Shown: positions 26,901-35,442 of the stretch, in pieces
Layout of the letters: the number at the start of each line of letters is the position of its first letter
How positions within the stretch are numbered: position 1 is the first letter of the stretch
Assembly: GCA_951406725.2 (NCBI GenBank)
Contig: OX597815.1
Location: 130,510,001-130,574,000 of the forward strand
Reading direction: 5' to 3'
Length of the DNA: 64,000 nt
DNA from: Octopus vulgaris
Lineage: Eukaryota
Program-made: the position numbers and the translations under genes
Notes under the pieces: generated by a model
Told to the model about the DNA's origin: nothing
Databases searched by the model: none
What the model saw: the letters and a program-made list of their open reading frames with translations, nothing else

Positions 26901-29900
26901 TGATGAAGGCTGGCGGGTGTATCAGCCAAAACGTTGTGTTAACAACAAGCAAGATGAGGACAAATATCCATCAAATGTAAATAATGTACATAATTCCTCA
27001 TCTCTTAGGATATAGAACTGAAGTAGAATTGTTTACCTGAGGAAAATTCCATGTTGTACAAAACATGATACCAATCATATTGAATTGTTGGTTACCTTGT
27101 CATCCAAGTGAACTCAACAAGATATTATCCTCATTACAGTTGTACAGCCCCAAGTCAGTTCTGTCTGAGCAGACTTATGGAGCACAGGTTGTGATTTACT
27201 GACCTGTTGTTCTAAATCATTGCTTTTTGATCATTTTTCCATATCTCCTCATCTCCCATTACCAATTATCAATTTCCTTTCTTGTATAATAAAAAAAATT
27301 CTGTCTCCATCTCTAGTCATCTGTTAGTTTCCTTCCACACTCACACAAATTTACCTACCCACCCTTCATTTCCAATCCTCTATCCCTATTTTCGCTCTTT
27401 TATTATCAGATTGTACCTGAATGTTATGCTCTTACCATTTCTTTCTGCTCTTTTCGAATGGGGAAGCCATGTGTCTCCTCTACAACAAGACATACTGTCC
27501 CTCTATCATACTTTAACCTCTCAACATATAGCATAAAGCCACACATGCCAGTGAGGGGTTTTTGTCATGTAAAGAGATTAGCATTAGGAAGTGCATCTAG
27601 TCATGGAAACCATGCCGAACATACAAGGACCAACGAGCAAAAGTCCTCTGGCTCATTGGTTACACTTGAAACATCCAATGCCAGCATGGATAAAGCACTT
27701 TAAATGATGACGATAATTTATTGCACAACATTAACAACTTTATATTAATTTAACAATAGCATCCTTGAAAATCAACAGCAAAAATAATGTGAATAATAAT
27801 AAAGAATTTTCCAAACATACAAAAAGAAAAGTCCTCACTAGAATCTTATAATTTTGCTCCCAAAACACTTCAAATTTCTCTCCAGAGGGGAAATTTTGCT
27901 CAGTTTAATTAATTGTTGCTCTAGATATATTCTGCCTCTGTATAAGAACCATTTTATACGCTCCAACTTCCAGTCTAGGATTCAGTGAGATACTCTAGAC
28001 AAGCTGTATTGTGTCCAGTGTTCGTTTATTTTTGTCCTAATTACACAGGACGCTGGGACTTGATCAGTTTTTAACAATTGCTATTTCATTAGTGATTAGC
28101 TTATTGGAACGATCTCAGTCAGCAGATGCAAGGAAGATAACCCAATTTATCTTTAAAAAAAAACCCTTCCTCCCGTGGGTAAATCTTGATGTGAGAGAGA
28201 TAATTGTATACACAATTCCACCTCACAATACAAGAACCGTTTCATGCGAAATTCCCAGGAGAGAAAATTCGGTAATTATTAATATGGTCAAGTTTCTCTT
28301 ATGGAATCATCTCTTTCACTGAAAAGAAATATTTTAAAAAATGGATACTGGGAATTGAAATACAGACCACTCCCAGAATGCATACACCTGCAATAACTTA
28401 CCTGGCTTGCGCTAAACAGCAAAAACCAGAATATTGAGGACATTCTTGCCGACGCAGATTCTTTGCCAAAGCAGCTGTTGAAGAGAAAAAAAAACAGTTT
28501 GTTCAAATTTTTACAGACCTAAACACAAAGACAAAATAAAACTTACAGAGGGTTAAATACATTAGACTAGATATACATTCCATAGATATAATTGTCTGGA
28601 AAGTGATTTGCTCTGAGACCATGAGTTGAAACAAAATCAATTTTAACATGAGAGACTCATATTAGACATTCAAAAACACACAAAGACTGTTAATTTCATT
28701 TGGAATCAAAATCTTCATCACCTTATTGAAACCTGGTCATTGACAGCAAGTAATAAATGTTGAAGTGAAGTTAACAGTTTTTATGCGTTTTTGAATGGCT
28801 AATATGTACCTTCTGCACAGTTACACTAGAGACTTGACATGAGTTAATTGTCACAGGCAGTGCTGGTGCCATGACTAGTGATGGATCCTTGTATAAAGCA
28901 CAGGTGTTGGTGCCATGTAAAAAACACCCAGTGCACTCTGTAAGGTGGTTGGCGTTAGGAAGAGCATCCAGCTGTAGAAACCATGCCAAAACAGACAACA
29001 GGAGCTCGGTGCAGCTCTCTGGCTTGCCAGCTCCTGTTCAACCATGCAACCCATGAAAAACAGACATTAAATGATGATACGTTGAGGCATATGTGATATT
29101 GTTGTTATCACACAGATTTCTACTGTGATAACTTACACAGGATGGTAGACTGATAAAGTAGCAAACATTGAGCTAACACTTTTATTTTACTGTGTCTACA
29201 AACAATCACAATCTAAGTTAAGTGGGGAGAATTCTTCTCTATGGACATGAAACCCAGATTTTGGAGAAGAAACTTCATGATTGTTTCGATGGTATGTGCA
29301 CCAGGTTTCCCATAAGAGCTCAAGACATCTGATGGTGCAAACACAAAACCAACAGGATTTATGGATACATTCTACCCTTTTCTACCATCATTGCTCAAAG
29401 TAGGGCAAAGCTTTTCTGGCCACTGCTATTATGCTGGACAGCAGGCTATATCAGATGTTATATTCTGTAAACTTCTATACCCTAATAGAGGGCACTGGTG
29501 CTACTGGCAGACAAACTCAACATGATTTTGAGGCTTTAATGAAGTTAATTGGAGAGAGAGATTCCTGGTCAGACATTCTGAAACACATCTTAGTTGCAGC
29601 TACTTGAAAAAGAAAAAGTACTTACTGTTACATTATACATATATTACATCATACTGACACAGAATTATGAGACATTGCAGTTATAATACACGTTTCTATT
29701 ACTTATACACCAATACATATTGCTAATACATGTTAGTCACACAGAATAGTAGTAGCAAGCATCAAGTTTATATCATTATTTAATTGTGTCCATAGATAAC
29801 ATTGCTTAACTGTTTACATCCTCTAGTCTATCAAGTTGTAAATAAGTACCACAAAATAGGCTGATGTTGTTTAACTGATCAAGGAGAGCTGTGTCCAAAG

Positions 29901-32437
29901 GGGTTTCAACCATGACTAAAAGTGATTTGGGAGAATCTGAACAACTCAGGAGGATCGAATATCAAAGATTACTTTTCTATGAAATCACTGGCTTATTGAT
30001 TTTTTTTTTCTCTCCAAGTATACCAGCAGAAGATACATAAACACAAACAGTGTGTGTGTGTATACTTCAATAGTGTCGGTCTTCCAAACTCCATTCACAA
30101 GGTATTTGTCAACCTGTAAAGATGCATAATTGCAGGTGAAAGGGAACACCACAAAGTTTTATTATTTTATACCTTACCAATTCAGCAATACCCTCACCTC
30201 CCCAATATATATGTAAGCATAAAAATCCGATAGGCTTCTGCACAGCTTTTGTTTACTAAATTTCCCTCCTGGGGTTTTATTTCTTGAAATTATGCCAGAC
30301 GATGGGATTGAACACAAAATCACATGATTGCAAAGTGAACTTCTGAACCATACAGTCATTCAAAAGACAATGCAAGGAAAATGTATGTAAGCAAAGCAAC
30401 TCACCGAACTGTTCACTTCCTTCAGCTACATTTGGCTTTTTCAGAAAACGTCTAAAATGAACAAGGGTCGAAATAAAATTTTATACATGTATATATGACC
30501 GTGTATATGTGTGTGATTATAGATGCACACATACATAAATATAAGTAAAATAAACATCAAGAGATGCTTTGCCTGATACAAAAACTGCTGAAGCTACTTA
30601 AAAGATTTTAAGATATTGCAAACCTCCACAACATCAGAAACCTTTCAGCATTTTCAGCAGGTATCTCAAAGTCACAAGAATTTTATCTCTTAACTTGTAC
30701 ACAGCACCTTAGTGAAGCAGTAATGAATGGATTAGCCTCTGCCAACAACAAGGTTCCATCTGTGGTCTTGTCAACCACGTTTGCCTCGCGCTGGTTTCAG
30801 TTGCCATGTCTAACTCTTTGGCAGCTTTCTTCAGTTCTAAACCAATCTTCAGCAGGAAATAGAACACCAAAAGCAAGTGAAACAAACAAACACACACATA
30901 TGTACTGCATGTGTAAGTCATATGTAAACAGAAAACAACTGATTATATAACTGAGTCAAGCTTTCATGTTTGACTAGAACCATCTTCTCAATCCATATGT
31001 AATATGTCAGTTGACTAAAAAGCCATGGTTTGGGTAGCAGCTGATTCATCATCATTGCTTAATGTCTATTTTCCATGCTGGCATGGGTTGGACGGTTTGA
31101 CTGAGGTCTGGAGAGCCAGCAGCTTCACCAGGTTCCAATTTGATCTGGCAATGTTTCTACAGCTGGATGCCCTCTGAGAGAGTAGTGGGTGCTTTTTACA
31201 TGCCACCGGCACAGGAGCCAGTCAGGCAGGCTTGGCATTCTTCACGTTCAGATAGTGCTTTTTACGTGCCACCGGCACTGGTTTCATTTCATCAGCCTTT
31301 TGGTTGACTGTACATAGGAGTGGATTAAGAAGATCCTTCCTTCCAGGATGTTATCTCTCTGGAATTCCCCCACCAGCCCATTCTTTTCCAGAGTCATCCT
31401 GTGCATCAATCTCACTCAGATTTTGCAGTCCATCATCATAAACCCTTCTTTACCAATAAGCAAATGAAATACAAACACTACATGATAGATTGTACACTTC
31501 ATTTGTTTGCTTAACGTCTGTGACCATTCTCTCTCTCTCTTCTGAATGTGAGGAGCCATGCACCTCCTCTAGTAGAACTTGTTCAGTCCGCACCACCTTT
31601 CTCATAGTTTAACCTCACATGCCATAGCATAAAGCCAACCTCTTTTCCCTCAGAGTCTGTAGTCATGTAAACCGCATGGTGACCTAAATATCTAAACAGT
31701 GCTGGTGCTCATGTCAACCTTCATCTGTTTCCAAGCAAGGTAATATTTCCTCACAGCCAGACATGCTATCACAGGCTATCATAAATGAATGACATTGTAC
31801 GATTGTGACAATTATTTACAACTACTAAGTAATGTCAAGGGAAGAAGACACAGATATACACACACACTCATTTACACACAAACTTTCATATGTGTATGTA
31901 TATATATATCATCATCATCATCGTTTAACGTCCGTTTTCCGCGCTAGCATGGGTTGGATGGTTCGACCGGGGTCTGGGAAGCTAGGAGGCTGCACCAGGC
32001 TCCAGTCTGATCTGGCAGTGTTTCTACAGCTGGATGCCCTTCCTAACGCCAACCACTCCGCGAGTGTAGTGGGTGCTTTTTACGTGCCACCGACACAGGT
32101 GCCAGGGGAGTCTGGCAGCGGCCACGATTGGTTGGTGCTTTTAACGTGCCACCGGCACAGAAGCCAGTCAAGGCGGCGCTGGCATCGGCCACGTTCGGGT
32201 GGTGCTTTTTATGTGCCACCGGCACAGGTATCACAACTACTATTTCCATTGATATTTATTTCGATGTTCATGTACTTGACTCAATAGGTCTCCTCAACAC
32301 AGCGGGTTGTTCTGAAAATCCAAGGTGACCACTGTGACCGATCAGGCTATCAGATGTTGCTACTCATCGCTGGTCACAATGTACTTCACATTGTTTTAGC
32401 TTTCAAATGACGCCACCCCACTGGCTAAGCGAGCAGG

Positions 32438-32471
<34 letters not shown>

Positions 32472-32870
32472 TAGATAGATAGATGATGATGATAACCTTC
32501 TTTTAGTTTCCCTCAACCAAATCCACTCATAAGGCTTTGATCAGTCCAGGTATATGGTAGAAAACATTTGTTCAAGGTTTCAAGCTGTAGGGTTGAACCC
32601 AAAACCATGTGGTTGAGAAGCAAACTTCTTAACCACACTGACATCTACAGTCTGTCTACATCTATCTAGCTCTCTCTATCTATCTGCCTGCCTGTATACA
32701 CACATACACACACACATTATTCATTCATTTTTTGCCAAGCCCCAGACCACTTCCTTGAGGAGTGAATTTTTAAATCACAGAAAAGAAAACACAAATTAAA
32801 ATTACACTTACTTTTTCAGTTTATTTGTAACTAATCTATATTTGCTTAAGATGTCTGCATCTTTTTCCAT
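7589..32870 (-). CDS. F8A1: Huntingtin-associated protein 40 (factor VIII intron 22 protein) orthologue, 12 coding exons, 315 aa, complete CDS
   Basis: Exons 32870-32812, 30451-30405, 28474-28402, 26236-26077, 25211-25143, 23903-23841, 17686-17629, 16171-16109, 14961-14870, 11018-10937, 8918-8872, 7723-7589; all GT-AG, phases join, total 948 nt. Peptides [104 protein letters not shown] match remembered vertebrate HAP40. Confidence 0.95.
8287..8515. mobile_element. Tigger/pogo-type MITE inserted in a SINE
   Basis: TA TSD, imperfect TIR CAGTTATCACTCGACTATCATGG / CCACGATATGGCAAGGGGTTACTA; SINE sequence resumes on both sides. Confidence 0.7.
8872..8918 (-). CDS. F8A1: HAP40 coding exon 11 ([16 protein letters not shown])
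   Basis: TTTCCAG acceptor, GTAAGT donor, 47 nt. Confidence 0.92.
9530..9860 (-). mobile_element. RTE/BovB-type LINE 3' end
   Basis: C-terminal zinc finger CPTCGRTFRACIRLIGHSWAH in ORF 9564..9806. Confidence 0.65.
9950..10073. mobile_element. Small hAT-type MITE inserted in a SINE head
   Basis: TIR CACTAGCACAGCT / AGCTATGCTAGTG; 8-bp TSD GCTATCTC/GCTATCCC. Confidence 0.75.
10242..10432 (+). mobile_element. Penelope-like terminal-repeat fragment in (TA)n with variant minimal hammerhead (10308-10343)
   Basis: CUUU-CUGUGGA-A-GAGC(AUAG)GCUC-GAAA-CG-UU-GAAG; bounded on both sides by TA microsatellite. Confidence 0.55.
10937..11018 (-). CDS. F8A1: HAP40 coding exon 10 ([27 protein letters not shown])
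   Basis: CTTTCAG acceptor, GTTAGT donor, 82 nt. Confidence 0.9.
11240..12990 (-). mobile_element. 5'-truncated RTE-clade LINE (RT C-terminal part, PHD-like finger, 3' UTR), degenerate
   Basis: ORF pieces MAFIPMEKTFDRVPRSLIWW and LYADDLVL...KGLRVSLAKTKVL; frameshifts; RTE-type 3' UTR. Confidence 0.9.
13011..13394 (-). mobile_element. tRNA-derived CORE-like SINE, full length
   Basis: Colinear with the 16381-16775 copy. Confidence 0.85.
14491..14724 (-). mobile_element. tRNA-derived Meta-domain-like SINE (others about 1540-1773, 1790-2020, 4420-4632, 55226-55345)
   Basis: GAGTTCAAATTCC B box followed by GAGGTCGACTTTGCCTTTCATCCTTTCGGGGTCGATAAA. Confidence 0.75.
14870..14961 (-). CDS. F8A1: HAP40 coding exon 9 ([31 protein letters not shown])
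   Basis: TTTTAAG acceptor, GTAAGT donor, 92 nt. Confidence 0.93.
15010..15625 (+). mobile_element. Cluster of piggyBac-type MITEs (two related copies plus a second family)
   Basis: TTAA-CCCTTT and AAAGGG-TTAA termini; 15040-15215 and 15435-15615 are similar. Confidence 0.6.
15633..15874 (-). mobile_element. Solo copy of the same tRNA-headed hammerhead element
   Basis: Colinear with the left arm at 26490-26749; A box TGGCATAGTGG, B box GTTCGATTCC, (AAT)n, decayed CTGAAGA...AAAACG motif. Confidence 0.8.
16109..16171 (-). CDS. F8A1: HAP40 coding exon 8 ([21 protein letters not shown])
   Basis: TTTATAG acceptor, GTAATA donor, 63 nt. Confidence 0.92.
16381..16775 (-). mobile_element. tRNA-derived CORE-like SINE, full length (major family; further copies about 800-1147, 7990-8605, 13011-13394, 17770-18200, 38288-38555, 38585-38975, 42690-43025, 49190-49545, 57853-58265)
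   Basis: tRNA-like head GTGGTAAG...GGTTCGGTCCC, CORE-like ACCTTGGG(C/T)AAGTGTC, internal TA/TG microsatellite, (GTAAAAGA)n tail. Confidence 0.85.
17028..17508. mobile_element. hAT-type MITE with duplicated right end
   Basis: TIR CTGTGGTAGACTGG / CCAGTCTGCCACTG; 8-bp TSD ATTGTAAG at 17020, 17287 and 17509. Confidence 0.8.
17629..17686 (-). CDS. F8A1: HAP40 coding exon 7 (NPLDCLEALGNVASCKIST)
   Basis: TTTTCAG acceptor, GTAAGT donor, 58 nt. Confidence 0.9.
20996..21090. repeat. Three tandem ~31-bp units
   Basis: TTGTC(C/T)GT...AGTAAAATT..AAACCC x3. Confidence 0.8.
21383..21950 (-). mobile_element. RTE LINE 3' end fragment (others at about 3860-4220, 9030-9360, 31910-32325, 44225-44510, 44705-45215, 49860-50130 on minus and 22770-23090, 45785-46145 on plus)
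   Basis: Shared GGTTGGCGTTAGGAAGGGCATCCAGCTGTAGAAAC...GGACGTTAAA(TGA)n terminus. Confidence 0.8.
23841..23903 (-). CDS. F8A1: HAP40 coding exon 6 (SLNKASESMGHYQRAAELQSQ)
   Basis: TATAG acceptor, GTGAGT donor, 63 nt. Confidence 0.92.
25143..25211 (-). CDS. F8A1: HAP40 coding exon 5 (VHIENKQPALGAALCMELGDVLM)
   Basis: TTACAG acceptor, GTAAGG donor, 69 nt. Confidence 0.92.
26077..26236 (-). CDS. F8A1: HAP40 coding exon 4 ([20 protein letters not shown]...CYSHAIR)
   Basis: TTTCCAG acceptor, GTAAGG donor, 160 nt; within track ORF 26023..26268. Confidence 0.95.
26488..27020. mobile_element. Inverted (head-to-head) dimer of a tRNA-headed, hammerhead-containing non-autonomous element with Penelope-like architecture
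   Basis: Arms about 26490-26749 (-) and 26754-27020 (+) are reverse complements; TGAAGTAGAA duplicated at 26478-26487 and 27019-27028; each arm has a tRNA-like head, simple-repeat linker and CTGATGA hammerhead motif. Confidence 0.8.
28402..28474 (-). CDS. F8A1: HAP40 coding exon 3 (AALAKNLRRQECPQYSGFCCLAQAR)
   Basis: polypyrimidine-CAG acceptor, GTAAGT donor, 73 nt. Confidence 0.93.
30405..30451 (-). CDS. F8A1: HAP40 coding exon 2 ([16 protein letters not shown])
   Basis: TTTTAG acceptor, GTGAGT donor, 47 nt. Confidence 0.93.
32812..32870 (-). CDS. F8A1: HAP40 coding exon 1 ([19 protein letters not shown])
   Basis: ATG at 32870, donor GTAAGT, 59 nt. Confidence 0.9.
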
Positions 32871-34615
32871 TTTCAGAATGCTTGTCTCTTATCTTAATTA
32901 TAAGTGAGAGAAAAAAAAAAGATTGTCAAATTGCAAATCTGAAAATAAGGTAATTTAAGATACATCCATCCATACTATAAAATTTTACAGAAGAAAAAGT
33001 AAGAATGAAAGTAAAAAGGAAGAACAATCATTCTTGGAAAATGGTTAATAATAATTATAATCAGTATCAGCAATGTTTATGAGCAAATGCCTTTCCAGTT
33101 GTCAATCTTTTAAGTCAACTCTTATGAGATGTGGGCCATGGCCTAACTATTCTAAAACAAGGATAGGTACACAGTAAGCCAGGCTTACCACAGTTCATAT
33201 TAAATCCAATTTATCTAGACAAATGTTTATCCGATTTAGGCCTCAAACTCAGTGTTAACTAAGACTCATTGGATGCATTCTGTGAGAAACAAGAAAGAAG
33301 GTAATCCTACCTCTCTGTTCCACATTAGAAATGGGATATAATGAAAGACATAATAGGAAAGCCAAGTTTCTACTGAAATTACTTCCTTTTGTCCTAGAAC
33401 AGAACAAACTGGATATTGTTAATGTCCTTAGATTTTTTTTGCACCTCAGAAAAGATAGATTTTTACAACTGAAGTTCTCTTTTCTATTTTTTAACATAAG
33501 GTTGTTAGAGTTGACCTAAACAATAAAAACACAACACAGCTAACACTCTTAAAGTCCTGAAAAAAGTTAAGGCTTACAATCTCTGATAAAACTCAGGTTG
33601 ATCAAACATTTATAAACTACATCCCAAATGTAGCAACAGAAATACTTCAGACGTGATTAGCAACTCACTTAGTGAAAATTTCTAGCTTAGTTTTTAAAGT
33701 GTTCGACTCACAGTCGAAAGAAACATTAGTTCGTTTCCTAGACTAGGTGGCACGTTGTGTCCTTGACCGAGACACACAGTTCCAAGTTGCGCCAGCCTAT
33801 TCAGCTGAGTTCTGATGTAGGCCTTTCTCATTCCAGCTGTCATATCCTCGATGGCTACTGAGGATATTTCACAGAACCATGAGTCTTTTCGTTGTTCCTC
33901 GTTTGTTTTAACAAATTTTATACCGAAGTAAGATAAAAACGATTCTTTTATAAGGCTGTAGATTGCAGGGGTTTCAAAAGCAATTGGTTCGAAAAGATAA
34001 CTGATTTTAAACATAAAAACAAGGCTAGAAACTTTGAAAAGAAAAGTCGATAAGACTTAAGTACCCGACTGATACTTTATTACATAGACATCGGAAAGCC
34101 GAAGGGAGAAGTTTCTCTAGGTGGGATTTAAACCTAGAACGTAAGTAGATTAGTAGATAACAACGAATATTTGGAAATCTTGGTTAATATTAACCGAAAT
34201 GGTTGTTCCGTCGATAAAATGACAGACAGAACCTGCAAGAGCGACGCAATTAAGTTGATATCATGACATTAAGTTACGTCTATATGCTACATTATATAAA
34301 TAAATAAATATCATTTAAGTGAACAAATTATATCGTTTAACTAATGAAGAAGAAAGAAATTGAGCATCAATGAAATATAAAAAGATGGTCTGGGAGTAAT
34401 TTAGTTCCTGCTCGAACTGGATAATAAATATTAAACTAAAGGGTGTGTTAGAGAGAATGTGATGGTCTTTGGTGGAGAAGAGTTAAAATAATAAATAATA
34501 TTTATAAAGTAAGAGGAGTTAGTGTATTGTGCTAAGAGAACATATTTACGGTTTATGAAAGAATACCAGTTATGTTTTTTTTCGACGTAAATAAAAGTAA
34601 ATAAATATATTTTAC

Positions 34616-35365
34616 CAGACACGATCAACTATTGTCATGTCGCCGGAAATTGAGGAATGCAGTCAGTGTCACTCCCCACGCATTGGTGTACTTCAACAAC
34701 AACAATTAGAAATATTGTAATCTTGAACAACCTCTATGTGGTCGCTCGGTCTGTTAGAAATAGCACCGAAATACATTCAAACCACAATTTACCTTCTTCG
34801 AAGTAGAAAAAAACACGCTAGATTTACACTATTCAAAAATAGATGCGATGGTCACAGCTGGAATGTCTGTCGGTTTTAATAATAGTACATTTAATACCAA
34901 ATACCAAAACAATATGTTTTTAAGTATTATCATCAGATTAGAAAAATCAGTGCTTTTCGAATTTAAGCAAGTTTGAGTGGATTAAATTACCTTTTAACAA
35001 AATACAGTTGGTTTACCGTCCTCGCACTTCATTCTTATTTCGTAAACATCCAAGCAAATGTTTGTCATTGCGAACAGAGAAAACGAAACGTAATATTTTC
35101 AGTTTCACTTTTAGAACCGAAAAACTGACTAAATTTAATTATAACCAAAACAGTTATTAAAAATATTTTCAAAAATATTTCGTAATTTTGAACGTGTTGC
35201 TTGATTTGACATCAAACATGAACAGACTTGTCGCAGGTATTTTCAATAACAATTTTTTTATTTATCTATTAAACGAATTACCGGAACCAAAATATATCAG
35301 ACACATCTACTCAGTGAACACCGTGAGCTAATAACCGGTGTTTAGTCAGAGGGGAGATTTTAACG
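34616..35365. promoter_or_regulatory. Putative bidirectional promoter between HAP40 and NOL12, with a candidate non-coding HAP40 first exon ending at 34616
   Basis: Divergent genes; visibly CpG-richer than flanks; ETS-type CCGGAA at 34643 and 35281; minus-strand donor TG|GTAAAA at 34616/34615. Confidence 0.5.
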
Positions 35366-35442
35366 ATGGCTCCTCGAAATAAAGCCCCAAATACAAATCG
35401 TAAAACCAAAGTTTTCATTGCATTTGACGAAAATAACAGAAG
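35366..35442 (+). CDS. NOL12: NOL12 exon 1 ([25 protein letters not shown])
   Basis: ATG 35366, donor AG|GTATTT. Confidence 0.9.
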
